Assembly: GCA_963823035.1 (NCBI GenBank)
Contig: CAWGKG010000014.1
Span: forward strand, 64,001 to 128,000
Reading direction: 5' to 3'
From: an uncultured Gemmatimonadales bacterium
Lineage (GTDB): Bacteria; Gemmatimonadota; Gemmatimonadetes; Longimicrobiales; Gaopeijiaceae
Length of the DNA stretch: 64,000 nt
The notes under the pieces were generated by a model. That model ran no database searches and was not told the DNA's origin. It saw nothing but the letters and a program-made list of their open reading frames with translations. The stretch's first letter is position 1, and the number at the start of each line of letters is the position of its first letter. A program made the position numbers and the translations under genes. Below are positions 1-9,982 of this stretch, piece after piece.

Positions 1-897
1 GATCGTGATCTGCAGCTGGCCACGGTGCTCGCGACTACCCACCGCATGGGCGAGAAGGTCCCTGCGCTCGGTGAGCTCGATCAGGCTCTTGAGCCGTTCC
101 CCGCTCTCGAATTCGGGCTGGGAGGCCAGGACGCTGGCGCTGCCGAGGTGGATACGCGTGGTGTCCAGATCCTGCAGGCCGAAGAGCTCGGCGCCCGACT
201 GCACGAAGACGTTGAGGAGCTCGGACGCTCCGCCCTCGCCGGCATACGTGTCTCGCAGCCGCTCCGGAAGCGTGCGCCGGATCTCCTGCAACGAGAGGCC
301 GGCCAAGCGCTCGTTGAGCGCGACCGTGAGCGTCAGGAGCGTCTCCCGCGGGACCTCGACGGGGAGGTCGACATAGACCGTGCGCACCAACCCGCCGTGG
401 ATCGTGGCCACGAGGAGCACCTTGTCCGACGACACCTGGATCAGCTCCAGCCGCTCCAGGATCGCGCTCTCCACGCGCGGCGCCAGGGCGACACCGAGCT
501 CGTTGGAGATCAGGCTCAGCGCCCGTACGGCGTGGCGCACGAGGCGCTCCACCGCCGAGCCCCCGGCCACGTCCAGCTCCCTCGCGAGCTTGTCCTGCTC
601 CGCGCTCGAGAGGGTGAACGGCTCCATGAGCCGGTCGACGAAGAACCGATAGGCGAGATCGGTGGGGACGCGTCCGGCGGAGGTGTGGGGGTGGGTGAGA
701 TACCCCTTCTCCTCCAGGTCGCTCATGGTGTTGCGCACGGTCGCGGCGGACACGCCGAGCCCGAACCGACGGGACACCACCCGGCTGCCCGCGGGCTCCG
801 CCGTGTCCACGTACGTGCGGATCACGGCTTCCAGCACCTGCCGCTCCCGGTCGGTGAGGTCACCGCCCACAAGCACGTGATTGTCCATTCCGGCCAT
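1..897 (-). CDS. hrcA: Heat-inducible transcription repressor HrcA (3' end runs off window)
   Basis: Manual minus-strand translation from ATG 897 (or 888): LTDRERQVLEAVIRTYVDTAEPAGSR...SAATVRNTMSDLEEKGYLTHPHTSAGRVPTD, the HrcA N-terminal wHTH signature. Absent from the ORF track because there is no stop in the window. Confidence 0.95.
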   Translation of the reverse strand, partial: MAGMDNHVLVGGDLTDRERQVLEAVIRTYVDTAEPAGSRVVSRRFGLGVSAATVRNTMSDLEEKGYLTHPHTSAGRVPTDLAYRFFVDRLMEPFTLSSAEQDKLARELDVAGGSAVERLVRHAVRALSLISNELGVALAPRVESAILERLELIQVSSDKVLLVATIHGGLVRTVYVDLPVEVPRETLLTLTVALNERLAGLSLQEIRRTLPERLRDTYAGEGGASELLNVFVQSGAELFGLQDLDTTRIHLGSASVLASQPEFESGERLKSLIELTERRDLLAHAVGSREHRGQLQITI

Positions 898-904
898 GCG
901 TTCG

Positions 905-934
905 AAGATCCTAGATTCTTCGGGACAGCGTCAA
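905..934 (-). promoter_or_regulatory. Putative sigma70-type promoter of hrcA (TTGACG-N18-GATCTT), possibly leaderless
   Basis: -35 TTGACG at 934-929 and -10-like GATCTT at 910-905, 7 nt before ATG 897. Confidence 0.45.
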
Positions 935-2089
935 GCGCAGCGTTCGTCGAGCTGGACCGCGAGTTGGTCGAGAAGGAGCCATCCTTCAGGCGGTGAGCCG
1001 CACGGTTCCGCCCTCGAGGCTCGCCCACCCCGAGCGCGTCCACGTCTCCGCCAGTTCGGCAGCGGCGGTCCCAAGGTCGGCCAGCGCCAGGCCTTCCGCC
1101 ATGCGCAGCCCCAGCCAGATGCGCTCCAGGCGGAGCGCCGCGGCGTCGAGGGCCTCCCGCCCCTCCTCGGGGCTGCTGCCCGTCCGCGCCCTCTGGGCGT
1201 ATTCCTCCCAGCCACGGAGGTTCCAGCGGCGGACCGGCGGCGCGTAGCTGTGCGCTCCGTTGCCGAGACCGAGGTACGCCGCACCGCTCCAGTACGCCCG
1301 GTTGTGCCTCGACGCGGCCCCGGGGCGCCCGAAGTTGGAGACCTCGTAGTGCTCGTATCCCGCTCCGGCCAACGTCTCCGCGGCCAGGAGGTACTCCTCC
1401 CGGTAGCGTTCCTCGTCGACCGCCGGCTCGCGCCCTTCGCGCACGGCCCGGCCGAGAGGCGTGCCCGCCTCCACCGTGAGCCCATACAGGCTCACGTGCG
1501 GCACGTCCAGCGCCAGCGCGCGCTCGAGATCCTCCTTCCAGTCCCGCCCGAGGTGGCCGGGAAGCCCGAAGATCAGATCCACGGAGAGGTTGTCGATGCC
1601 CGCCGAGCGAGCCGCGTGGACCGCGGCGAGGGCACCCTCGGGGCCGTGCATACGCCCCATCCAACGAAGCGCGGGCTCGTGGAACGTCTGCACGCCCAGG
1701 CTGAGACGGTTCACGCCGGCGGCACGCCAGCCGCGCGCGACCTCGGGGGTCAGGCTTTCCGGATTGGCCTCCGAGGTCCACTCGAGCTCGGGGCCGCGCA
1801 GGCGGTCCGTCCCGATCACCTCGGCAAGGCCGGACATCGCGCTCGGGCCGAGGAGCGAAGGCGTGCCGCCCCCCACGTAGAGCGTGTCGAGGCTCGCCTC
1901 CGGCACCAGAAGCCCCTCGGCGTCGACGACGGCCAGCTCGCCCCCGAGGGCCTCGAGCCATCCTTCGGTGTCCCCCGTGCGCCGGACCTGGACCGCGAAG
2001 TCGCAGTAGAAGCACCGCCGCACGCAGAAGGGTGCGTGTACGTAGACCGAGGCCGCCGGCGTCGCGCCGTGGGGGGCGTCAACCGGCAC
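931..2089 (-). CDS. hemW: Radical SAM heme chaperone HemW (HemN-like); frameshift near 990
   Basis: YVHAPFCVRRCFYCDF (CxxxCxxC), GGGTPS, YEVSNF and HNRAYW motifs. The typical C-terminus (PEGWLLLDQLAV) continues in another frame to the stop at 931. Confidence 0.92.
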
Positions 2090-3197
2090 GACGAAAGCGC
2101 ATCCCCGGCTCGCGGGCCACCCGGCCGCGGAGCTCCATCTCCGCCAGGAGCGCGAGTACCTTTCCCGCTTCGAGCCCCATCCAGCGGGCCACTTCGTCGG
2201 CGGTTCGGGTGCCCTCCGCGAGGAACTCGAGCAGGCGCACCTCCTCCACCGACAGGGACGTGGGCACCCGTGCCTCGCCCGGCTCCACGCCCAGCGCCAT
2301 GCGCACGAAGCCGTTCACCGTCACGAGCGGGCGCGCTCCGTCCGCCAGGAGAGCGTTGCTGCCTTCGCAGAAGGCCTCGCCGAAGGGACCGGGCACCGCC
2401 CAGACGTCGAGCCCCAGGTCCAGCGCGTGCTCCACCGTGATGAGCGCTCCGCTGCGCGCACGTGCCTCCGCAACGACCACCGTGTGGCACAGCGCTGCGA
2501 GGATGCGATTGCGGCGGGGGAAGTGGTACGGGAGCGCGGGCGTCCCCGGGAGGAACTCGCTCACGACCAGGCCGCCCGCGAGGATCCTCCGGAAGAGCCG
2601 CGCATGGCGTCGCGGATAGGGCACGTCCGGCCCGGACCCCAGCACCGCGACGGTGGGACCGCCCGCGTCGAGCGCGCCCTCGTGGGCGGCTCCGTCCACG
2701 CCGAGCGCCATCCCGCTCACGACGGGAACGTCGACGCGCGCGACCGCGGCAGCGATTCGGCGCGCCGCCCCACGGGCGCGTTCGGTGGATCGGCGCGCGC
2801 CCACCACGCCCACACCCGGCGTCCCGAGCAGCTCGATGCGCCCGCGCAGGAACAGGACCGGCGGCGGATCGACGAGGTGAAGCAGCCGCTCCGGATAGCC
2901 CTCTTCCCCGAGCACCCGCGTCTCGATGCCCAGGCGGTCCGCGACGCCGAGCGAGCCACGGATCCCTTCGAGGCGCTGCGGGTCGGCCGCCGCCGCCGCG
3001 GCCTCCTCGCCGGCGAAGCCCCGAAGCAGCGAGGGCATCGCCAGGGCGCGGGCTGCCGAGCCCGCCCATTCGACCAGGGCGCGAACCGTGGCCGGCCCGA
3101 CGCGCGGGAGGCCGTCCAGGACCAGCAAGGCCTCGACCTCACGGCGTCGGGCGTCCCTCCTGGTCCGGCCCGCACCGCCGTTCAAGGGGTCCACCAC
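2079..3197 (-). CDS. dprA: DNA-protecting protein DprA (Smf)
   Basis: YPERL..DPPPVLF, VVGAR, VSGMALGVDGAAHEGAL, FPRRNRILAAL, SGALIT and a C-terminal winged helix. Confidence 0.95.
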   Translation of the reverse strand: MVDPLNGGAGRTRRDARRREVEALLVLDGLPRVGPATVRALVEWAGSAARALAMPSLLRGFAGEEAAAAAADPQRLEGIRGSLGVADRLGIETRVLGEEGYPERLLHLVDPPPVLFLRGRIELLGTPGVGVVGARRSTERARGAARRIAAAVARVDVPVVSGMALGVDGAAHEGALDAGGPTVAVLGSGPDVPYPRRHARLFRRILAGGLVVSEFLPGTPALPYHFPRRNRILAALCHTVVVAEARARSGALITVEHALDLGLDVWAVPGPFGEAFCEGSNALLADGARPLVTVNGFVRMALGVEPGEARVPTSLSVEEVRLLEFLAEGTRTADEVARWMGLEAGKVLALLAEMELRGRVAREPGMRFRRAG

Positions 3198-4207
3198 TCC
3201 TCTTCGTCGTCGCCCTTCTCGGCCCGCTCGACCGCGCGGCTACGCTCCCACAGCGCGTCGAGCAGCTCGGGAAGGCCCTGGCGGGCCACCGCCGAGATGG
3301 CGAAGACGCCGAAGGAGCCCGGTGCCGTCACGCTCGGGCGGGGGTCGTCGGGGCCGAGGAGGTCGGTCTTGGTCAGCACGACGCAGTGCGGCGTACGCGC
3401 GAGGGCGGCCGAGTAGGCGCTCAGCTCGGCGCGCAGCGCCTCGTACTCCGCCTGCGGATCCTCGGCGTCCACCGGAACAAGGAGCGCCAGCGTGCGCGTG
3501 CGCTCGATGTGGCGGAGGAACTGGTGGCCGAGGCCACGCCCCTCGTGGGCGCCTTCGATGATGCCCGGCACGTCGGCGAGCACGAAGGTGCGGTATCCAG
3601 AGAGCTGCACCACGCCGAGGTTCGGCGCGATCGTCGTGAAGGGGTAGTCGGCCACCTTCGGGCGCGCGGAAGTCACCGTCGCGAGCAGGGTCGACTTTCC
3701 GGCGTTCGGCTCGCCAACGAGTCCGACGTCCGCAATCAGCTTCAGCTCGAGCTGGACGCGCCGCTCCTCCCCCTCGCCCCCCGGCTCCCACCGGTGCGGC
3801 GCCTGGTTCGTAGACGTGGTGAAGCGTGCGTTGCCGCGTCCCCCGCGGCCGCCGTGGGCGACCACGAGCCGCTCGCCCTCGGCCAGCAGCTCGCCCAGCA
3901 CCTCCTCCGAATCCGCGTCCGACACGACGGTGCCGGGTGGCACCTTGAGGACGAGATCGTCCCCCGAGCGCCCGGTGCGGTTGCTCCCCTCGCCGTGCTG
4001 CCCGCGCGGGGCGTGGTAGTGCTTCTGGTAGCTGTAGTCGAGCAGGGTGGAGAGTTGCGCGTCGACCTCGAGGATCACGTCGCCGCCCTTGCCGCCGTCC
4101 CCACCGGAGGGCCCGCCGCGGGGCACCATGGCCTCCCGGCGCATCGCGTCGGCGCCGGATCCACCGACGCCGCCGCGCACTTCGATGACCGCACGATCGA
4201 CGAACAT
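3182..4207 (-). CDS. obgE: GTPase ObgE/CgtA
   Basis: MFVDRAVIEV, GGPSGGDGGKGG, ADVGLVGEPNAGKSTL, YPFTT, DVPG, TKTD. Confidence 0.97.
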   Translation of the reverse strand: MFVDRAVIEVRGGVGGSGADAMRREAMVPRGGPSGGDGGKGGDVILEVDAQLSTLLDYSYQKHYHAPRGQHGEGSNRTGRSGDDLVLKVPPGTVVSDADSEEVLGELLAEGERLVVAHGGRGGRGNARFTTSTNQAPHRWEPGGEGEERRVQLELKLIADVGLVGEPNAGKSTLLATVTSARPKVADYPFTTIAPNLGVVQLSGYRTFVLADVPGIIEGAHEGRGLGHQFLRHIERTRTLALLVPVDAEDPQAEYEALRAELSAYSAALARTPHCVVLTKTDLLGPDDPRPSVTAPGSFGVFAISAVARQGLPELLDALWERSRAVERAEKGDDEEEWWTP

Positions 4208-4821
4208 CAAGCATCCCCCCCGGTTCGCTGCCGCACCTCGTTCCACGTCTCCCCGGCCCGGTCGCGGGCATCCGCTCCGCTCACCTCGCCGGCCATCTCC
4301 AGCGCGCGCGCCACCTGGGACTCCGCGGCGCCCGCGTTCAGCGCTCCACGCAGATGCGAGTAGAGCTGGCGGGGCACGTCCTGCACGGCCAGCAGCGCGG
4401 CGATGCACAGCTCGCGCGTCGCCAGATCGAGGCCCGGTCGCCCCAGCACCCTCCCGTATCCATCCTCCACCATCCATCGCTCCATGTCGGGGTGCAGCCG
4501 CCGTACGTTGGCGCGCAACCCCTCGTACTGCCCTCCGTAGACGACGCGGCACACCGCCTCTCCGCGCTCGCTCCAGGCCTCCCGATCGTCGGAGGCCGCA
4601 CCGCCCCGGCGTCCCGAAAGCTCGCGCCAGCGTGCGAAGCCGTTCAGCGCCGCCGGGTAGCCCAGGAAGAGATGGCTCTGCAGCAACACCTCCTCCACGG
4701 CGACCGGATCCGCGTCGCGAGCCGCCGAAAGCAGGGCGTCGTCGATCCGTTTCGCCTCGCCGCCGGCGAGCGCCGCGCTCAGCGCCACCAGCGCCTCCCT
4801 TCCCGCATCCAGCACCCTCAT
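4207..4821 (-). CDS. Carboxymuconolactone decarboxylase (CMD/AhpD-like) family protein
   Basis: EVLLQSHLFLGYPAALN and YGRVLGRPGLDLATRELCIAALL...QLYSHLRGALNAGA; start ATG 4821 overlaps the upstream stop. Confidence 0.85.
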   Translation of the reverse strand: MRVLDAGREALVALSAALAGGEAKRIDDALLSAARDADPVAVEEVLLQSHLFLGYPAALNGFARWRELSGRRGGAASDDREAWSERGEAVCRVVYGGQYEGLRANVRRLHPDMERWMVEDGYGRVLGRPGLDLATRELCIAALLAVQDVPRQLYSHLRGALNAGAAESQVARALEMAGEVSGADARDRAGETWNEVRQRTGGDA

Positions 4822-5819
4822 GTCCACGACAGGTCGAACGCCGGCTGGATCCGGCCGACCACCTCGAGTCGCGTGTTCCGCACGTCGGGACGCCCCCACG
4901 CGGAGAGCCCCTCCACGGTCGCGTCGTCGAGCACGTCCAGCAGGTGGAGCACCCGGATCAGCGCCACCTCGGCGGCGCGCCGCGCCCCGTCCACCACCTT
5001 GATGGCGATGCCGAGCCCACGCTCCGGCACGCCCGCACCGTATACGCCTTCGGCGCCCACCTTCACGAAGGCGCGCCCAGCCGCCCGCTCCATGATCGCC
5101 GTGCACGCGCGCCCGGTGCCTCCGACCATGAAGGGATGCTCCGTCATCGCGGCCACGATCCGGGCGGGCGCTTCCCCGCGCTCGGCCGCCGCCGCGAAGC
5201 GCGCGAACGACGCGGCCATGGCGTCGAGCGGCACGGAGAAGCACAGCACGCCGCACCCGTCCACCGCCGTCCCCACGCCGGCCTCGTCCACACCGGACCA
5301 GCGCGCGACCTCCCGGAGCATCCTCCCCTGCACGGGATGTCCCGCGCCATGGTATCCGGCGGGCGCCCACCCGTGGGCCACGGCGAGCGCGAGCATCCCG
5401 GCGTGCTTTCCCGAGCAGTTGTTGTGGATCCTGAGGGCCCGCCCGCCACCGCGCAGCACGTCGTGCGCCTCCTTCTCCGAGAAGGGGAGGTGCGGCCCGC
5501 ACGCCAGGGCCTCCTCGTCCAGTCCCGCCTTCGCCAGGATCGAGCGCGCACCCGCGACGTGCGCCGGCTCCCCCTCGTGCGAAGCGCAGCAGAGGGCCAG
5601 CTCGGACGCGCTCAGGCCGAAGCGCTCGACCACTCCGTCTTCCACCAGGGGGAGGGCCTGAAAGGGCTTCGCCGCAGAGCGATAGAACGTGTTCGCGTCG
5701 ACGTCACCCACGGACGCCACGATGCGCCCGTCCGCGTCCGACACCACCGCGTGCACGGCGTGGCGGGCCTCGACGAAGCCGCCGCGCAGGACCTCGATCC
5801 CACCCGACGAAAGGGACAT
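4818..5819 (-). CDS. L-asparaginase II (class 3, Rhizobium etli type)
   Basis: RSAAKPFQ, CASHEGE, NNCSGKHAGML, DGCG and KVGAEGV motifs. Confidence 0.9.
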   Translation of the reverse strand: MSLSSGGIEVLRGGFVEARHAVHAVVSDADGRIVASVGDVDANTFYRSAAKPFQALPLVEDGVVERFGLSASELALCCASHEGEPAHVAGARSILAKAGLDEEALACGPHLPFSEKEAHDVLRGGGRALRIHNNCSGKHAGMLALAVAHGWAPAGYHGAGHPVQGRMLREVARWSGVDEAGVGTAVDGCGVLCFSVPLDAMAASFARFAAAAERGEAPARIVAAMTEHPFMVGGTGRACTAIMERAAGRAFVKVGAEGVYGAGVPERGLGIAIKVVDGARRAAEVALIRVLHLLDVLDDATVEGLSAWGRPDVRNTRLEVVGRIQPAFDLSWT

Positions 5820-5880
5820 CAGGCCGCGGGCCGCGGGAATGTCCGAAGCGGACGCCGAAGCGCCCGACCGCAGGGCGTCC

Positions 5881-7496
5881 TCAGGAACCTTCCGCGGCGG
5901 CGGCGTGCTGGATCAGCTCCGCCTGGGAGCTCGCGTGCTGCAGCAGGTCCACGGCCTCCGCGAGGGGCTTGTCGAAGCGGCGCTCCTGGAGGAACTGGCC
6001 CTCCGCGCCCCACGCCTGCATCGCGATCTCACGCTCGAGCTGGTACGCGATGAAGCGGCGCGCGGCCCGGAAGTCGGCCCGATCGACGGTGACGTCCGAC
6101 GCGGGGAGCCTCCCGTAGAACGCCTCGAGGTCCGCGTCGTCGAGCTGGAAGCCCGGCTCGAGATCCGGATGGTCCTGGACGTAGCGCACGGCGTAGTTGA
6201 AGACCGCCACGCTCATGGCGCCGTTCTGGCGGTAGAGCGCGCGCACGGCCTGCTCCTCCTCGGCGGTGAGCACGTCCGGCACCACGAACACGTCCGGCGC
6301 GATGCCTCCTCCGCCGTAGAGCGTTCGGCCGGCCACCGACGGGTAGGTCGGCCGACCCTCGAGGTCCGCGACCGGACACGAACTGGCCGGTGAGCGCGAG
6401 GGAGCCGTGCCCGTCCTGGGCGGGGCGAGCCGTCGTGATCCTTGTTGATCGAGCGGCCGACGGGCGTGTACCACCGCGCCGTGGTCAGGCGGAGCACGTT
6501 GCCGCCCGACAGGCGGTAGAGGCTCTGCACGAGCCCCTTTCCGAACGTGCTGGAGCCGACGAGGATGGCGCGGTCGTTGTCCTGGAGCGCGCCGGCCACG
6601 ATCTCCGACGCGGAGGCGCTGCCGCCGTCCACGAGCACGACCATCGGCATGCCGGCGTAGCGGTCGTCCTGACGGGCCTTGTACACGGCGTTCTGGTCGG
6701 ACGCGCGGCCGCGGGTCTCGACGATCGAGCGTCCCTTGTCGAGGAAGAGGTCGGAGACGGCGATGCCCTGGTCGAGCAGCCCGCCCGGGTTGCCACGCAG
6801 GTCCACGATGAGGCCCTTCATCCCTGCGTCCTTGAGGGAATCGAGCGCCGCGCGCATCTCGTCGGCGGAGGTGCCGAGCACGCTCTGGAACGGCACGTAG
6901 CCGATCCCCCGTTCGACCATGAGCGCGAACGGCACGGCCTTGAGCTGGATGACCTCGCGGGTCAGCGTGAAGGGTATCGGGTCGTCGAGGCCGGGGCGCC
7001 GCATCTTCACGTCGACGGCCGTTCCCGGCTTGCCGCGCAGCAGCGCCACGGCCTGGTCCACGTTCATCGTGTCGGCCGCGGTGCCCGCGATCTCCCAGAA
7101 CTGGTCCCCGCCGCGGATGCCGGCGCGCGCGCCCGGCGTTCCGGGGATCGGGCTGACGACCGTGACCAGGCCGTCGCGCTCGATGACCTCGAGGCCGACG
7201 CCGCCGTAGTCCCCTTCGATCCCCTGGATCCGCAGGTTCTCGAAGTCCGAAGCCTCCATGAAGGAGGAGTACGGGTCGTGCAGATCGTCGATGAGGCCGT
7301 CGATCGCCGAGTGGTAGAGGGCGCCCTGGTCGACCTCGTCCACATAGCTGGACTCCACGCGGTCGACCACCTCCTGAAGGAGGTGGACCTTCATGTACAC
7401 GTTCTCGGTGCGGTCCACACCCCGCTGGAGGAGCCAGCCCCCCGTCAGGACGGCCGCGGCCACCACCGCCAGCGGCGCCACTACGCCTCTGCGCAT
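5881..7496 (-). CDS. Carboxyl-terminal processing protease, S41A family (CtpA/Prc-like); frameshift(s) near 6380-6430
   Basis: N-terminal anchor, DPYSSFM, PDZ domain, DLRGNPGGLL, SASASEIVAGALQD, FGKGLVQ, and GGGGIAPD in a second frame. Confidence 0.92.
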
Positions 7497-7551
7497 TCTG
7501 CCCTTCTCCAGACGATTTCCACCCTCGGGAGCATCGGTCCCCGAAGCGAAG

Positions 7552-8209
7552 TTAAACCCCCGAGGGCGCGAAGGTTTCCGGAAGATCGCGCTGCAGCACC
7601 CGGCGGATGCGCGCGTGCACCTCGTCCGGCGCCCCGACGCCGTCGATCACCCGCACGCCTCGGATCCGAAGCCGCGAGCTCCAGATAGCCCTCCCGCACC
7701 CGGCCCAGGAAGCCTCCTCCCTCGCGCTCGATCCGGTCGGGCGCCTTCCCCTCGTCCCGCTGCCGGGCCGCGCCGACGGCGACCGGCAGGTCGATGTAGA
7801 GGTAGAGGTCGGGCACCAGCCCACCGGTGGCCAGGGAGATCGCCGCGCGCACGTCCGCGAGCCTCAGCCGCCGGCCATAGCCCTGGTAGGCCAGGGTCGA
7901 GAGATCGAAGCGGTCCGCGACGACGGTGCGGCCCGCCTCGAGCGCCGGGCGCACGATGTCCCGTACGAACGCCGCCCGTGACGCCAGGTAGAGGAAGAGC
8001 TCGCTCTCGGCGGGCATCTCGAGATCCGTCCGCGCCAGAACGACGGAGCGGACCGCCTCGCCCACCGCCGTCCCCCCCGGCTCACGCGTCACGAGGTGGG
8101 GCACGCCCAGCTCGTCGAGCCAGGCGCCGAGGAGGGCGGCCTGGGTGCTCTTTCCCGCACCCTCGCCGCCCTCCAGCACGATGAAGCGCCCCCGGGCCTT
8201 CTCAGCCAT
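7552..8209 (-). CDS. tmk: Thymidylate kinase; frameshift near 7655
   Basis: FIVLEGGEGAGKSTQ, TREPGGT, DRFDLSTLAYQG; the C-terminus (VRVIDGVGAPDEVHARI) is in another frame. Confidence 0.95.
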
Positions 8210-8222
8210 GGCTTGGAAGGCG

Positions 8223-9539
8223 CTATTCGTAGTACTCGACGCCCAGGTGGGTGAGCTGCTCCTCGCCCATCAGCCAGCGCAGCGTGTTCTTCAGCTTCCA
8301 GTGCTGGATGAAGATGTCGTGCTCCGGATAGAGACCCGGCGCCGTCTGCGGGCTCTTGAAGTAGAACGACAGCCACTCCTGGATGCCCTTCAGGCCGGCG
8401 CGCGACGCCAGATCCATGAACAGCGCCAGGTCGAGCACGATCGGCGCGGCCAGGATGGAGTCGCGGCAGAGGAAGTCGACCTTGATCTGCATCGGGTAAC
8501 CCATCCACCCGAAGATGTCGATGTTGTCCCACCCCTCCTTGTTGTCCCCACGAGGCGGGTAGTAGTTGATCCGCACCTTGTGGTACATGTCGCCGTAGAG
8601 GTCGGGGTACATCTTCGGCTGCAGGATGTGCTCGAGCACGCCGAGCTTCGAGACCTCCTTCGTCTTGAACGACTCGGGGTCGTCCAGCACCTCGCCGTCG
8701 CGGTTGCCCAGGATGTTCGTGCTGAACCACCCGCTCAGGCCGAGCATGCGGGTCTTGAAGCCGGGCGCGAGGATGGTCTTCATGAGGGTCTGGCCCGTCT
8801 TGAAGTCCTTCCCGCAGATCGGCACGCCCCGCTCGGTGGCGAGGTTCTCCAGGGCGGCGAAGTCGGCCGACAGGTTGGGGGCGCCGTTGGCGTAGGGGAT
8901 CCCCTCCATGATCGCGGCGTAGGCGTAGAGCTGGCTCGGAGCGATCCCGGGATCGTTGCTCTCCATGGCCTTCTCGAAGGCCTCGAGGTTCTCGTGCACG
9001 GCACCCGCGCGCACGTAGATCTCGGTGGAGCCGCACCAGACCATGACCAGACGGTCGCAGCCGTTCTCGTCCTTGAAACGCCGGATGTCCTCGCGGATCT
9101 GCTCGGCGAGCTCCCTCTTGGTCGCGCCCTTCTTCTTGTTCGGACCGTCGAGCTTCTTCACGTACATCGTGTCGAAGGCGGCCGGCATCGGCTTGATGGC
9201 CGACAGGAAGTCCTTGATGGGGTCGAGGTGCTGCTCCTTGTGCAGCACGCCGGCGTTGAGCGCGCTCTTGTATCCGTCGTCGGGGATCGGATCCCACGAG
9301 CCGAAGACGAGGTCTTCGAGCCCGGCCAGAGGCACGAACTCCTTGATGAACGGCGTCCGTCCCTCGGTTCGCTTGCCGAGGCGGATCGTCGAGAGCTGCG
9401 TCAGGCTGCCGATCGGCTTGGCCAGGCCGCGTCGCACGGCCTCCACGCCGGCGACGAAGGTGGTGGCTACGGCGCCGAATCCCGGGAGGAGGACACCCAG
9501 CTTGCCGGAGGCCGGTCGGATCTCGGATGGTTGCTTCAC
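8223..9539 (-). CDS. ino1: Myo-inositol-1-phosphate synthase
   Basis: GAVATT, STE, NGAPN, GKDFKTGQT, STNILGNRDG, YYPPRGDNKE, RDSILAAPIVLDL. Confidence 0.95.
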   Translation of the reverse strand: MKQPSEIRPASGKLGVLLPGFGAVATTFVAGVEAVRRGLAKPIGSLTQLSTIRLGKRTEGRTPFIKEFVPLAGLEDLVFGSWDPIPDDGYKSALNAGVLHKEQHLDPIKDFLSAIKPMPAAFDTMYVKKLDGPNKKKGATKRELAEQIREDIRRFKDENGCDRLVMVWCGSTEIYVRAGAVHENLEAFEKAMESNDPGIAPSQLYAYAAIMEGIPYANGAPNLSADFAALENLATERGVPICGKDFKTGQTLMKTILAPGFKTRMLGLSGWFSTNILGNRDGEVLDDPESFKTKEVSKLGVLEHILQPKMYPDLYGDMYHKVRINYYPPRGDNKEGWDNIDIFGWMGYPMQIKVDFLCRDSILAAPIVLDLALFMDLASRAGLKGIQEWLSFYFKSPQTAPGLYPEHDIFIQHWKLKNTLRWLMGEEQLTHLGVEYYE

Positions 9540-9599
9540 GAATCTCCCTCGTGAGTCTGGTTCATGTGGATTGGGGGCTCGTTCGGCCCCGCACGCACT

Positions 9600-9959
9600 T
9601 CAGGACGAGAGGATGATCCGGCTCTGGGCGCCTTCCTGGAGCCCCCGGGCCATCGTCTCGTTCACCTTGTACATCACCTTGTCGAAGTTCGACTGGGCCG
9701 CGACGAGACGTTGGAACACCGGCTTCTCCTGTAGCTCCCCGGCGGTCTCCTCGTAGGCTTTCGCCACGTCCTCCTCGGGCTGTTGCCCGGCCCGCAGCGA
9801 CGCCTCGATGCGCTCCTCGATGGCCCTCAGCTGATTGCGCAGCTCCACGAGCTCGCGGTCCTCGTCCACGGCCGCGCTCGCTCGCTTGAGCGCCTGGTAT
9901 TCGTCGGTCCGGGCCAACGCGCCGCCCAACTCCTTCGCCATGTCGTAGATGCCTGCCAT
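9600..9959 (-). CDS. YlbF/YmcA (Com_YlbF, RicA/RicF-like) family protein
   Basis: 119-aa helical protein with IYDMAKELGGALARTDEYQALK and LVAAQSNFDKVMYKVNETM, the YlbF/YheA pattern. Confidence 0.8.
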   Translation of the reverse strand: MAGIYDMAKELGGALARTDEYQALKRASAAVDEDRELVELRNQLRAIEERIEASLRAGQQPEEDVAKAYEETAGELQEKPVFQRLVAAQSNFDKVMYKVNETMARGLQEGAQSRIILSS

Positions 9960-9982
9960 TCGGTCGATCCCTCCCCTTCGCG

